Assembly: GCA_030265395.1 (NCBI GenBank)
Contig: JARFYF010000052.1
Location: 89,188,290 to 89,252,289 of the forward strand
DNA length: 64,000 nucleotides
Source: Rhina ancylostomus
Lineage: Eukaryota
Direction: 5' to 3'
In this document: piece after piece, positions 1-14,119 of the stretch
Position numbering within the stretch: position 1 is the first letter of the stretch
Layout of the letters: every line of letters begins with the position of its first letter
Position numbers and translations under genes: made by a program
Notes under the pieces: generated by a model
What the model saw: the letters and a program-made list of their open reading frames with translations, nothing else
Told to the model about the DNA's origin: nothing
Databases searched by the model: none

Positions 1-1090
1 TCTCGATCAACATTGTGACAACGACTGAGTCCCACTCCCCTGCCAATCTAGTTTAAATCCTACATGTAGCACTATCAAACTTCCCTGCAAGGATATTGGT
101 TCCCCTCTGGTTCAAGTGCAACCCCTCCCTCTTGTACAGGTCAATGCTAACCTAGAAGAGATCCCAATGGTCCAAAAACCTGAATCCCTGCCCCCTGCAC
201 CAGCTCCTAAGCCACAAATTCATTTACTCTATCTTCCTATTTCTGACCTCACTAGTACGTGGCACCAGCAGTAATCTGGAGATCACTACCTTTGAGGTCC
301 TGCTCCTTAACTTCTTACCTAACTCCCTATACTCATTCTGCAGGACCTCATCCCTTATTCTACCTATGTCATTTGGAGCAGTTAGCATAACGCTATTACA
401 ATGCCAGCAACCAGAGTTCAATTCCAGCTGATATCTGCAAGGAGTTTGTTCATTCTCCCCGTGACTGCGTGAGTTTCCTCCAGGTGCTCCGGTTTCCTCC
501 CACATTCCAAAGAGGTACGGGTTAGGAAGTTGTGGGTGTGCTATGTTGGTGCCGGAAGCACAGCGACACTTGTGGGCTGCCCCAGAATGTTCTACATAAA
601 AGATGCATTTCACTGTGTGTTTTGATGTACATTTGCCTAATAAAGAAATCTTATGTACAATGACCTCTGGCTGTTTGCCCTTCCCCTCGAGAATATTCTG
701 CAACTGTTCAGAGATGGCCTTGACCCTGGCACCCAGGAGGCAAAAAACCACCCTGGACTCTCTTCTGCAGCCACAGAGTCTCCTGTCCGTCCCCCTCACT
801 ATCGAGTCTCCAATCACTATCGCCCTGTTTGACTGCACCCTTTCCCTCTGAGCGTCAGAGCCAGTTACAGTGCCAGAGACCTGACAACTGCTGCTAGCAC
901 CTGAAAGGTCATCCCCCTCAACAGTATCCAAAGAGGTATATCCGTTTGCAAGGGGAATGGCCACAGCGGAACCCTGCACCGAATGCCTACTCCCCTTACC
1001 TTTTCTGGTGGTCTTCCATCTATCTGAAGCCTGTACCTTGGGTGACCACCTCAGTAAAAGTCTCACCTGTGATGTTCTCAGCATCCTGGA
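1..1090 (-). mobile_element. CR1/L2-clade LINE ORF1 remnant (SGNH esterase-type domain), interrupted by a SINE
   Basis: ORF 224..1084 has AIVIGDSIVRG, VFCLLGARV and VIVH...NDIGR, motifs typical of the esterase-like ORF1 of CR1/L2 elements. Confidence 0.85.
376..653 (+). mobile_element. tRNA-derived V-SINE-like SINE
   Basis: B-box-like gagttcaattcc, core gtttcctccaggtgctccggtttcctcccacattccaaaga and tail aataaagaaatctta. Closely matches the reverse copy at ~53204-53468. Confidence 0.8.
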
Positions 1091-1439
1091 TGACCAGCGC
1101 AGGATGAACAGAGATATCGCAGATGGTTGTAGAACAAAAAACAGGCCAAAATGAGAAACACGCTTCAGAAGCTTAAATCTCGATTATAACAAAACAAACT
1201 AAAAAAGTAAATTAACATAAAGGCCACTGACTTGAGAAGGGTCCTACCTGGAGAAGCAGCTGACTGTTTCCTGACCATTCAATGTAATTTTCACTGTTTT
1301 AATTTGACATTCCCTAAGTTAAGAATTACAGCTCCTTCTATTGTATGATGGGACATCACTTCATCTATTATTTGGCTTTGCCAGATTCTGGTTTCCACTT
1401 ATTACCAGCTATTTTCCCCTAAAAGATGCTAGATAGCTT

Positions 1440-1830
1440 GGGTCTTTGTTCCTTGGCAATTTAGAAGGATGGAGGTTGATCTTATTCAAACAGATAAGAT
1501 TCTGACGGGGCTTGATAGGGTAGAGGTTGAGATCTTGTCACTTGTGGGATAGTGGTGAGCAAGGGAATATAACTACAAAATAAGGGGCTGGTCATTTAAA
1601 ACAAATGAACTGCACAGAAATTTCATCTTTCAGAGAGTAGTGAATCTTTGGAATTTTCTTCCCCAGAGGAAGGTGGAGATGGATAAATATTTGAAAGATC
1701 ATGGGCTTGAGAGGTGGGGGAAATTGGCACAGAAGGAGGTGAGGCCAGCCTAGGCAATGACTATATTAAGTGGTGAGGCAGGCTTGATGAGTCTGGTGGC
1801 CTACTCCTGCTCCTGTTTTCTTCTGTTCTT
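1440..1830 (+). mobile_element. CR1/L2 LINE 3' fragment
   Basis: Decayed RT C-terminal sequence (agaaggatggaggttgatcttatt; cagagagtagtgaatctttggaatt) ending in the ggcctactcctgctcctg tail shared with other copies. Confidence 0.7.
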
Positions 1831-2762
1831 GCGTTAAGCTCAAATGATTTTATGATTTGACTCAGTCTGTTCACTCCTACTAAAACTGTAGAGAAAGAAA
1901 GACCAGATTTACAGGCCATCGAGTACTTAAAAAGTGCTGTCATTATTGACAGCCAATTTGTGCATAATGAAGTCACTAAAACAACATGATCCTGTGATAA
2001 TAGCCAAATATTCTGATTTCTAGCAAGAAAGGTTGAGATATAAAATATTGGCAAGACGCCTGTTCTTCTAATTATGGGAAGGAATCTCTTGCATTCATAT
2101 GAAAGGGAAGATGTGGTCTTTAGTTTTACTTTGTGGTCTTCCTCCACTGAGGAAGAGCTGCATTGAAGGAAGAACCATCTTCCAGATGAGACATTAAACA
2201 GATGGCTTTCAAAGACTCAATGGTATTATTTCAAAGAAGAACAGTGGATTTATGCTCATGCATCTGGTCGACAAATCTCCCTCACTCAATATAACTAAAA
2301 TTGATACCTGCTCATTATGACATTGATGTTTGTGGGGTGTTGGCTGTCTGGAGCTTGGTTGCTGCTTATCCAATACTACAGTTGTGAGTACAATTCAAAG
2401 AACACTTCATTTTTGCAGTGTTTAGAGATATCTGGTGATTGTAAAAGTCACCCGGTACTGCTTAAGGCAACTTTGCAAATTTTGCTCAGTCAGCTTTCAA
2501 ACCTAGTGACCTGTGTATATTTTATTCCAATGCGACTGTCTTTTAACCCCCCTCTGAAATATATAGCCAGCACCTGCTGTATCAAAAGAAAATAGAAATA
2601 CCTTCAGCACATAGACTGCAGAGGGTCAAGAAGGCAGTTCACCACATTCTCAAGAATACTTAGTAATGAGGAATAAATACTGGTCTTGCCAGTAATGCCC
2701 AAATCCTGTGATTAAATATAAGAAGAAAAAGAATCATAATTAAGAATGCATTATACACTTAC

Positions 2763-2891
2763 TGGATTAAGACGAACAGTGAGAAAAAGCTCTCCTCCCC
2801 TGATGCTTTTGTCCAGTTCTCTTGGGCCTCCAGGGTACTCTTTGTAGAATATAGTATGGGTGTAAAGGCCACAAGTTTGCCGTGGGAGTCC
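2763..2891 (-). CDS. ndst3: NDST3/NDST4-like internal coding exon (129 nt)
   Basis: Read in a different frame from the listed ORF 2759..3004: [43 protein letters not shown]. Acceptor ttgcttcag, donor gtaagt, phase 0-0. Confidence 0.95.
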
Positions 2892-3684
2892 CTGAAGCAA
2901 TGAGATATAAAAAGGCATACATTTGAGAAGGCTTTCTCAGAGCAAAATCTTACACAAACTGGAATAAATTGGCAGTAAGTGACAATTGCCTGGTGAGAAT
3001 TCACTTTAAAAAGATCTTTGGAAAGTAGTAGGAGTTGTCAAGTAACCAATTTGCTTTTTTTTACTTCCCATAAAATCCAGTGTATAAGTCACACCTGTGT
3101 ATTAGTTGCTCCACCATTTTGAAGATTTCACTTTTAGGAAAGCACATTTCATGAAAAATGTGCTTTTACAAATTGTTTTCTATGCACAAGACAGAGTTGT
3201 TCACCTTGGAAACAGTGCGTGGTACACAGTGCAGGGAATCTAGCTGCCAAGATCACAAGGTTTGGAAAGTAAAACTTGTAACTTGCCATCTGCAGTCCAT
3301 GGACAGCAGTAGAGTAGAACATTACCATGGACCTTTGCTGCTGAGGCAGCCTCAATGCATATAGCCTGCAGAATTATCCGCAACAAGGGCAGAGGAGGGA
3401 GCAGCCAGATGGACAGGTCTAGTCTGGGTCTGAGAGCATGAGGTGGAAATGAGGAAGAAAGATGGTCTGCATTGATGTAGAGGGCAAAGAGGGATGCCAG
3501 AGCTCGTTTACTTACTCTCATATCTCTGTGCTCACTCTCACTCTCCCTAGGTTCTTTCTAGGTTCTCATTTCTTGCCCATGCCCAGGTTCCTGGCTCCTC
3601 CTCCCCTCACCACCTGCACCTTCTCTTACTTCACTCCTTCCATCTTTCCATCTCTTGTCCTCACCTGACACCACTAATCAATCT

Positions 3685-3740
3685 CCCCTCTCTCTCTCTT
3701 TCTAACCTTTTAGTCTCTCTCTCTCTCACACACACACACC
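3685..3740 (+). repeat. (CT)n/(CA)n microsatellite
   Basis: Visible dinucleotide runs. Confidence 0.8.
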
Positions 3741-3829
3741 ACCCCACTTTCTCTCCACCCATACTTCCACCAATTCTTTCTCATCCAAGGGTCCTCCTAC
3801 TGGCCTACAGTTTGAGTGGTAGCAGGAGG

Positions 3830-5255
3830 AAGAGTCCCAACTTGAAATCCTTGAGTCCAGTCAATGAACATTCTTTCCCCATTGAGAAAGTGGGAGGGTT
3901 CGAGGCCCGACACTGGGGGCAGTGGACAGTGGAGAGGACAGAATCTGAATTCAGAGAAATGTGGCAACATAGCAGGTCAAGTGTGACTCCACNNNNNNNN
4001 NNNNNNNNNNNNNNNNNNNNNNNNNNNNNNNNNNNNNNNNNNNNNNNNNNNNNNNNNNNNNNNNNNNNNNNNNNNNNNNNNNNNNNNNNNNNNNNNNNNN
4101 NNNNNNNNNNNNNNNNNNNNNNNNNNNNNNNNNNNNNNNNNNNNNNNNNNNNNNNNNNNNNNNNNNNNNNNNNNNNNNNNNNNNNNNNNNNNNNNNNNNN
4201 NNNNNNNNNNNNNNNNNNNNNNNNNNNNNNNNNNNNNNNNNNNNNNNNNNNNNNNNNNNNNNNNNNNNNNNNNNNNNNNNNNNNNNNNNNNNNNNNNNNN
4301 NNNNNNNNNNNNNNNNNNNNNNNNNNNNNNNNNNNNNNNNNNNNNNNNNNNNNNNNNNNNNNNNNNNNNNNNNNNNNNNNNNNNNNNNNNNNNNNNNNNN
4401 NNNNNNNNNNNNNNNNNNNNNNNNNNNNNNNNNNNNNNNNNNNNNNNNNNNNNNNNNNNNNNNNNNNNNNNNNNNNNNNNNNNNNNNNNNNNNNNNNNNN
4501 NNNNNNNNNNNNNNNNNNNNNNNNNNNNNNNNNNNNNNNNNNNNNNNNNNNNNNNNNNNNNNNNNNNNNNNNNNNNNNNNNNNNNNNNNNNNNNNNNNNN
4601 NNNNNNNNNNNNNNNNNNNNNNNNNNNNNNNNNNNNNNNNNNNNNNNNNNNNNNNNNNNNNNNNNNNNNNNNNNNNNNCCTCAACATGGCAGTAGAGGAA
4701 GCCATGGATAGACACATTCGGTATGGGAGTGGGATGTGGAATTGAAGCGGCTGACCACTAAGAGATCCTTGCTTTTGAAGGTGCTCAATAAAGCAGTCAT
4801 CCAATCTGTGTTGCGTCTCACTGATATAGAGAAGGCCACACCGGAAGCACCAGATGCAATAAATGACACCCTCGGATTCACAGGTGAATCGCTGTCTTAT
4901 CTGGAAGGACTGTCTTGGGCCCCTGAATGGTGGTGAGGGAGGAGGTGTAGGGACAGATGTAGCACTGCAGTTGCAGGGATAAGTGCCGGGAGGCTCATCA
5001 GTGGGTAGGGATGTGTGGACAAAGGAGTCACAGGGAGAGCGATCCCTGGGGAAAGTGGGGGGGGGGGTAGGGGAAGATGTGCTTGGTGGTGGGATCCCGT
5101 TGGAGGTGGTGGAAGTTGTGGAGAATGATCTATTGGATGCAAAGGCTCATGGGGTGGTAGGTGAGGACAAGGGGAACACCCCTGTTATGTCAGAGGTGGG
5201 GGGAATGGGGTGAGGCCAGACATACGGGATATGGCGATGCGGGTGAGGGTTGCAT
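3830..5255 (-). mobile_element. Penelope-like retroelement remnant with GIY-YIG endonuclease, partly in an N gap
   Basis: Minus strand ~4780-4869 translates VIYCIWCFRCGLLYISETQHRLDDCFIEHL, the GIY-YIG signature of Penelope-like elements. Confidence 0.8.
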
Positions 5256-8200
5256 TGATTCTTTTATGACTCCTTTATAAAAATCCTAGAAAATCAACTT
5301 GTATCCTGAATTTTACAGAACCTTTGGAGGAAATAATAATTGCTTAAATATGTCCTTGGTACTTTTATAATCAGGTGCTGACAGCTCTGTACAAAATTGA
5401 GTATTTCATTATTTCATTTTGGAAATATTGGGAAGTTTTTTTATTGTAACACAATAAATTGTCAGTGAAATTTTGTTTGCTTGTAAAGCATTTCCTTATA
5501 CTAGGAGCTGGCTGACTGAACATTAAACTGACTGACAGTTTCATCAAATAAAAAAGCAGTCAGTTCAAGTTCAGTTCCATTAAATGACCAGCTCAGGCTG
5601 AAATGATTGCGTTTTTGATATAGATTCCTGGGCTGCCTTATATTATAAAGCTTCTGTATTCTTTACTATGCAGGNNNNNNNNNNNNNNNNNNNNNNNNNN
5701 NNNNNNNNNNNNNNNNNNNNNNNNNNNNNNNNNNNNNNNNNNNNNNNNNNNNNNNNNNNNNNNNNNNNNNNNNNTATGCAGGGTCACATTAAAATTTGAA
5801 ATTCTGCAAAAGAAAGGAGAATGCCTTGCCAACATTTCTTTTTCTGGAGTGAATCATAATTCTTTTCCACAAAAGCACACATCTAAGAGGCACCGCATCT
5901 AAGACATTTATTCTGATGCAGAGAGTTATTGTTAACTCTAACATACTGACCAAAAGGGTGCTGGAAGAAGATTCATTAGTGACTTTTAAAATGTTAAGTT
6001 CATAACATTAACTCAGAGTTGAGCAGCTGTTTAGAAAAGAGACGACAGCAAAAAGTAAAATGGGGAGGGTGCAAGATGAGCTAACACCAATTCACTAAGA
6101 GACCATTTCACACCATTAACAAAGGCCAATGTTACCCCCAGGATGTTTAATTAACTCCAAAATCCCAAATTTCTCTCTGCAATAGTTTTCCTTCCCATTT
6201 GCCACAGTAGTTATCTTGTTTTATCAAGCTGATGTTTTAAAATAAATGATTGCTGCCCTTCCAAGCCAAACTGGAATAGATAATTAAACTATTTCAGGCA
6301 GTGAAATCTACAAATATAGTCCTTGCCAAGGGGAATTTTCCCCTCCTCCTTTCACTTACTGAGCATTGAAGCAAACGTCTCTGGCATCATGTGGTAAGAG
6401 CAATAATATAACTGAGAGACCTGAGGGCAATATTACTTTCCACACTCATGAAGATTTCATCCAGGTTGATGGGTGGGTTGCATGCAACATTCTGAATTGC
6501 CCATAGCTGGCAGCATTCAACAAACTGACTTAGGATTTAGGCTGTGTCCTTATCTCTGACTCACTTAAATTTGATATACGTCCCAAGGCTGATGGCGTTT
6601 TTGACAGACTCCATCAATCCAGTATCTTTATCTGTCCCTGTGTTAAATGAACTAATGATCTTTGCATTCCAATACCACTGACAATTGGAGATGCACAAAA
6701 TTAAATCTTATTGAGGTTAAAAGTACATTTTCATTTATTCCTTCAGTTATGGGCATTGCCAGCTCGGCCAGCATTTAATATCCATCCCAAATTGTTGATA
6801 AACTGAGTAGCTTTTAGAGGGTATTTGAGAATTATTTGCATTGCTGAGGGACTGGAAATTTTTCAACAAAGTCTCTGCTGTTTTACTATCAGCAACCTCT
6901 AAGATGTATTCTATCTACATCTGGTGCCTATTCTCTGCTTTGAGAGTCAACTTTTGAACCATGTTTATACAAGGCAAATTGTACTTCCTAATTTACTGTG
7001 ACTTTAGCAGCATCCTCGTCTTTTGCGATGTAGATGCAAAATACTCTTGCAGTGACTCAGTTCCACCATCTGTCTACGTAACAAGATTTCCTTTTTAATC
7101 CAAGTTGAGCATCACCTTTTCATTTATTCACAAGCTAACACAATAATTAATGCCTCTTTTTATGTCAGCTATTCTATTCACAACATAGAGGTTGCCAAAC
7201 ACTTTTTGCTCTACATGCTTCCTTTTTTTGGTTCTCCTCTAAACATTTTTCTTGGCTTGGATCTCTCGTGTATTATGTACCAGTCATGCAATAAGCTTCA
7301 TTTTTTTCTGTTTCATCTCTTCATCTTTGGTCCTCTAGGGAGATCCAGCTTTGAATGACCTAACTTTCCACCTTACAGGTAAGGTAGTACATAACCAGTA
7401 CCCAAACCTATTCCTCTCTAAAGGTTGTGTGTTGTTCATTTGCTGTTTACCTACCTGCCAAGGAAGGAGATTTCATCACATTTATGAAATTACATCTCTT
7501 CCAATTTGATTGTTTCTTATGCTTTTCTCTGTATATATCAGACCCCACTTCATTCCCCAGAGCTAGACTGAGCACTGCTTCCTCCTTTGTTGTATAGGAA
7601 GCACAATGATTAAGGAGGTTCACATGCACATTACTGGAACTAACTCCACTTTTGCCATTTGCACTGTTACTTCAGCAGTTTAATTAAGGTAATTGAGGTC
7701 CCCTACCATTACTACTCTAAAGTCTTTACATCTTCCTGAGATTTGCCTGCAAGTTTCCTCCTTTAACACTTTCTCATTACTTGACTGCAGCATTATACAC
7801 TCTTCTTTAGTTCTGTTAAGAACTAGACAAGTTCTGTTTAATTGGACAATTATTAAAATACATGCAGCAGAGCCCAGATATTCTTATATAATGTAATGAG
7901 CTGGAAAAACTCAGTAGCAAGGAACAGAAAAATGAGGTGGAGAATCGATAGGGAATTTAATTATCAATTTTCCTATATGGATGGTTTGCTCTGTAATTAG
8001 TTACGGGCAACCAATTGCATTGGAGAAACGGAGGCATTCGAAAGTGGGACAACCTTTGTTATTTGGAAATGATTGTGTAGTTTGTCCTTCTCCAGCTAAG
8101 GGGTAAGGGCTATAAATTATACAGGGACACAGAGTAAGTTGGATAATGATTTGACTACTGGTAATGGGTTGCTTCAGGGGTGAGGGTATCAAGTTGCAAT

Positions 8201-9514
8201 TGATGGACATCAGAAATCCTGCCCTGCTACTTTCAAGCAATGGAATGAGACAATAGGAAATCTGGAGGGGGTGAGGGAGTGGTGTTGGAGGAAAGCATTC
8301 CTTGATGCTGAAAGGAATATTAATTGACGTAAGCATTACCTTTGAACTTTAAAACTAATCTTCTCTAATAGGAATTTGCAGATATTGCTGATTTAAATGG
8401 TTAAGTTTATGCTGTATTATATATAAACTTTTACGCAGATGCACACACGTCAGTGAAATATAAAACCAAACCAAAAGAAACATGGTGTTTTAGTTTGAAT
8501 TATGTTGTCCTGATGCTCTATCTAGAGAAACTTGGAACTTGAGTTATACTGCACTTGATATGAGAATCTGATCTGGAATCCACTTGATTTTTTAAAATCT
8601 TATTGAGTTAAAGGAGCAGCAGCCAATCTAAAGCTGGAGAAAAATTGCCAGGGGTAAAATTTGGTCAGTTGCATGCAAGATTACTCCAGTGACTGCTGTG
8701 GCCCAAACAGAGGCAAATACTGATAAGAGGTGAAGTTGTTGGTCTTTTGAAGCTTATTGTGTAAATGAGATGAACTATTCTTCATAGCACTCCCAACAGC
8801 TAGCGCCAGCCATCAGCATTCTGTTGTGTTTGTCTTTCCCCCTCCCATCCCCAAACCTTCCCCACTGATGACACAATGGCCAAAATGAGAGCTGGTAACC
8901 TGAACAAACTGTCTCTGGCAGCATTTTTACCATAAGGTTCAAGGCCCAATCTATGGAAAGCTATGGTCTTCTGGTCGGGTGTTCCACCATGTAAATGCTT
9001 GGAACTGAACAATAATGTTTTGTCACTCCCCAGCCTCCATCTGTTTTTTTCACAGTATTTTACAAATCTATGCTTGGGTCATGGACGCTTATTACCCAAC
9101 TAGCTCATGAGATGGTGGTGGTGGCTCATTTACTTGAACAATTGAAGTGTATAGTCTATATGGTGAAGGAATTCCTGGAGGCCTGCCAGGCAGGGTCTTC
9201 CAGGACTCTCAGCCAGTTCTCATGACCCTGCTGCCCATATCTTTCCAGTGACGGAGATTGTGGTTCTGGTGTGAAATAAGTTGCTGATTTATCGGTCTAG
9301 AAAACACCACCTTCACTTCATAAAGATCCACGTCATTAACATGGAACTCCCCTCCAACCATGAAGTGATGACTAAAAGAAGCTCCATAGGAGATTAGATG
9401 CCAAGAATGTGATTAATTGTTTGTGTCACCACCTGAAATCAACTCCAAATGTTTATTTTTCTCTCCACCCTTCCCCCTTCACTGCAATGTAACAATATGT
9501 TTGTTTCCTAACTT

Positions 9515-9655
9515 TTCCTAGTTCTGATAAAAGGTCATTGACCTGAAGTGCTAATTCTGTTTCTCTCTCCACAGATGCTGTCTGACCTGCTGAAGATTTC
9601 CAGCATTTTCTGTTTTAATTTGAGATTTCCAGCAGCTGTAGACGTTTGCTTTCCA
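9515..9655 (+). mobile_element. Penelope-type terminal repeat fragment with degenerate hammerhead motif
   Basis: agttctgataaaaggtcattgacctgaagtgctaatt followed by cagatgctgtctgacctgctgaagatttccagcattttctg, shared with several other copies. Confidence 0.6.
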
Positions 9656-9784
9656 AGTGTGAATTGTTTATGTAGACGTTTTCCTGTTTTCTTTTCCACA
9701 ACTGTTTTAGAATTAAATAAATATTAGATGCTAAATTGTTATGATTATTAAATCCAATTTAATTTGATGTTCTAATTTTCTTTT

Positions 9785-9900
9785 AGAGTCATAGAGTACG
9801 GAAACAGGTTCTTTGGCCAACTGGTCCATGCTGACCCAGATTCCCATCTAAACTAGTCCCATATGCCTGCATTTGGCCCATGTCTCTCTAAAGCTTTCCT
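9785..9900 (-). mobile_element. CR1 LINE 3' tail fragment
   Basis: agagtcatagagtacggaaacaggttctttggcc resembles the reverse-strand CR1 tail seen at 18498. Confidence 0.55.
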
Positions 9901-10195
9901 CTGTGTTTCTTTTGGTTTTATAGAAAGAGAGGACATAAACACTCACACACTTTCAGATCCAATTCAGAAATAGTAATCAATGGTCTCTGCAATCCTATGT
10001 GCACAGGGAATATACTATTCGCAATTGTAGAGGTTGTTTCAAATTTCTTCAGGTGAATACACGACCACTTTTCAACTTTTAGTAAACATCTGTACTAATG
10101 AGAACTGTATGACAGTTTAGATATATAGTAATCCAAGTTTAATATATAACATCAGTAATCCAAGATTTTTGTAAGGGAAATCAAATGTATCTTAC

Positions 10196-10381
10196 CATGA
10201 TGCCACTATGGATGAAGCCATGCCTGTATCGTGCAGGTTTCAAGTGCGGATACTCCTCGGTACTGGTCACCTTGATGCCCCATACTTTCTTCCATGCTTC
10301 ATAGAGCTGGACATGGACCGGATAGACACCAGAGTGATGCGGTGCCACAGCATAGCCCATGTCAATGGGAATGCCATGTTT
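10196..10381 (-). CDS. ndst3: NDST3/NDST4-like internal coding exon (186 nt)
   Basis: Encodes [62 protein letters not shown]. Acceptor tttacag, donor gtaaga, phase 0-0. Confidence 0.97.
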
Positions 10382-13300
10382 CTGTAAACAGAATAGCATC
10401 TGTCAGCTCCTCCAGAAATGGTCTCGTGGGAATAGACTGATTAAAAATCTAATTTCACCAGAAACATAACAGCTGGACATTAAACTATGCAAAGCCAACA
10501 AAAAATTTACTAAAGACGGGAGAAAAAAAATCCCCCAGATCCCTCATTTTGTTTTCGTGACTGAATGTATTCTGATCTTCTTATCTCCGTCAGGATGGCC
10601 CTGGCTTCTGGTCATCTTGAAGGACTAGTAGATAAGACTTGATTAAAATGACGATTATGGTGTGATCAGGGATGGAAAAGTACCAAGTTGTGGAGAAATA
10701 CATGTGGAAGAGGCACTGAAGTGGCACAGTGTTTAAATTTTAATTACCCTTCCTGCTAGAAGTAACAAACGGCAATAATTACCTATTAAGGCATGATTAG
10801 TGAATGTCAGTCACCAGCAAATTTCCTCAAACTTACTTTCCCCTAAAAAGAAACCTAACACTGATTAAATGTGATATTAAAATAGTAACACCGAGGTCAC
10901 ACATCACACAGAGACCGTGATGGAATGTTGCAGGCTGCCAATTAAAAATAAACACTGCCTTCTTGGCATATTAGTTGATTTATTCCCAATAAGGTTTCAG
11001 TCAGTAATCATCCCTCTTTTTAGCATTCAGATATTCATTCAGCCTTAATGTAACATTCCTGATTTCAGAAACAGTACCTATCTTAAGATTTTACCAGTGT
11101 AATCAGACTTGGATTTAAAATGCTTTATGTTTTTGACATACTTTTCTTTCTTAAAGTATATTAAAAGGGAATGTCAGTGACAAGGAAGCTGGGAGGTATT
11201 TCTAAATAGTACTGAGCAATGAACTTCCAATCTACATTGGCTCTATGTTTAGCTGTTACAAGGAACTGATTTCCCAGTGGGCATGGTGGCTGAGAAGTAC
11301 AACTGCACACTGCCTAGCAGGTCCTTTGAAGTCTGGTAAGGATGGTGCCCAGGAGTTCCTCCAAATGTATCTTTGGGGAGGTTCTTAGGTGTAAATTATA
11401 CCCACTTATATCCAAGAACCTGACATCACCTACCTAAACAATTATGGCAGTAGCATTACCACAAGACTGGAACAATTCAAGGCAAAGTCTTCCTCACACC
11501 TTTGGAGGGCAATAAATGTAACCTCACAAGCATTACCAATATCTCACACACATACTAAAAAGAAAAAAATAGTATGAGGCTTAGCAGCATTAAAAGTAGT
11601 TAAGGAAAAGGTATTTAAAGCATAAAGCAAAAGAAAGCAATGAAGAACTGAAGTCTCAAGTTAAATACTGTAAAATAATAATTAAATCTAACAGATTACG
11701 TGAAAATGAAAAAAGTCTGTGCTTCTGACAAAGAATTTCTCTTACTCACCACTCCAAGAATCTTTCTACTGTTTTATTTAATCCTGAGTGAGAGATCTTA
11801 AAATACTCCAGAATTACTCCTTATTTATTAATCCGTGGAAATAATCTGTCATCATTTACTTTATCATAACTTTTCAGAATGTTCAACATATCTTGACTTT
11901 CTTGCCTCTAGTAAACAGAAGCTGTTAGCTTCCATGTTTGTCTCTATAACCACAATTGCTTAACCCTGGTAACTTATTATTGACTGCACACTGTGTCAGT
12001 ATTCTGTTGGTTTTGCATAGTTTTACAATGGGATATCCAAAACGATACATAATAATCCCAATAGCAGCTTCAATGAGGGGTACATTGTTTTCCTTTGGTT
12101 TAATATATTACAGCTATAAAATCAAATGTATCTGCCCCTCTTGGGAATGCTGTTCCTCTATTAAAATGTTAAAATATGATTATCCATAAAAAACTGTATT
12201 GTCTCACCATTTTTTGACATTGAACTGTATTTGCCAAGAACCTGCCAACCTTTCTTGCTCGACTAAATCACCTTTAGTTTTTCATAATCTTCATCCCAAA
12301 TCATTGATCCTACATCAATAAATCACATTATTGTTGCAGTCCAGACCACATAAGTTGGTGAAAGCAGCTTAACATCATAGTCCTGTGGAATGTCGCTCAC
12401 TGCATCTTTCTGGTCCAAAACAATCATCTTACCTCCTTCCTCTCTGGCCTTTAACAATCTTTTTCCATCTGGCAATATTCTCTTTAATTCCATGCACCTT
12501 TATCATTATAATAATTCTCTTAAGTGGAACTTTGTTAGGTAGTTTAAGATAGTATGTAAACCAAAATGCTAGTACAGATGCCAAAAAAAAAAGCTTATAA
12601 TGGCATGCTTATTTTAGCTAACCAGTCAATGCGCTTCTCTGACATGAAGTGGAGGAAGAAGGTGCAGCTCACTGCATGTGATACATGTGGCCACAGTACC
12701 TCTTTAAAAAGTCCATCATTTCCAGCTGGTGAAGGTGATGACTGTTACTCCCATGTTCCGTGCCATTTCAAAGAAACACTACTCACCATCTTTGAAGAAA
12801 CTCAAAAGCTGGAGACCCCTGCCGCTGAGGTAGTGGAAAGATGTTGACTCTTTGTGTGCCCCATGATCCTGCCCATGTGGACCGTGCATTGCACTCATCT
12901 GCATGAATATTTCTTTCCCAAAACAGTTTCAAGATCTTAAGAACTTTCATATTGGCGTTTCCAAATCATTGTGAATTAGATCAGTGTTTGTCATGGATTT
13001 TCCATCTCAAATGAACAGTATTCTGTGGTTAATCTTGTCGCCAAGATGGACATAGAGCCTAATTTTTCATTAAATTGTTGATAACCCTTAAGGTTTGTTG
13101 CACTGACTGATCGTTGAAAGCTTTCACTGCTTGCTGATGATAAAATCTATAGAAACCCATCAGAGATAGAAACAAATCCTGATGAAGGTTAACTGCACCC
13201 CATGGAATTTTTATAAAAGCAAATATTATATAATAATGGTGCAATTCATTGACTGTCTAGGAAGGTAATTGACTGAAGAATACAGACAGACAATTAGCAA

Positions 13301-14119
13301 ATATTGCAGCCTATTCTAAGTGGTATTCATGGCAGCACAATTAGAGACANNNNNNNNNNNNNNNNNNNNNNNNNNNNNNNNGTGTTCTCAGCATACATGC
13401 AGGAACAGGTTTGAACAATGCAGTGGAGGGACTGCATATAGGAAATAAGAGAGTATAGCTGCAGATTACAGTGTGGACTGAGGTAGAAAAGTCACTTCTG
13501 GTGATTCCCTGACTACATTTGTATCAATGTTACAGGAACTAGGCATGTCAGGAAGGACAAGGAGAGATGAATTACCTCCGTCAGAATCATGTGAGATATT
13601 TTTTCCAAATTCTGAAGCATTTCACTCATTCATAATGGAAGTTAAATATTTTTATTTATGAAGATTTTTTCAATCTGAGGAGAAAGTAACCATACAATCC
13701 TTATTGAATAACATTACACAGTTTTCACACTGAGATAATTCCACTTGTAATGAGAGAGCAAGTTAGAAAATCAAGGGATTTATTGAACAGGCATTTACTG
13801 GGTTACCCGCAGTGATGCATTCATGCTACCAGCAGCAACAACATTTTCTAAAATCCTCCCACTGTGACCTGTGCTCATACATTATGTTAGGGAAGGGTGC
13901 GAGTTCAGGGTTTTCCATCTGAGGTTATAGAGAATTCTCTTGGAATTTTCAGGGCATTCTGCTTAACAGTAGGGAATATCACTGCGAATAGTATTGTTCT
14001 TAGGAATTCTCTTCATGTTATCAAATAGTTTTTCTGTACTTCCAAATAGTTTGAGAGACTGCACAGAAATTTAAAATGAAAAATCCTTAAAAGAAGCCCT
14101 CTGTAAACATAGTGGACAA

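Noticed and set aside
376-440. tRNA-like B-box sequences in SINE heads (also ~40355, ~35150, ~14168)
   Set aside because: No cloverleaf can be formed and each is followed by a SINE core, so these are not tRNA genes.
2759-3004. 81-aa ORF in the track
   Set aside because: It is the wrong frame; the real exon (2763-2891) is read in another frame.
3812-4804. Long ORFs of 250-313 aa here and at 43552-44493 and 62598-63361
   Set aside because: They consist almost entirely of X residues translated from N gaps.
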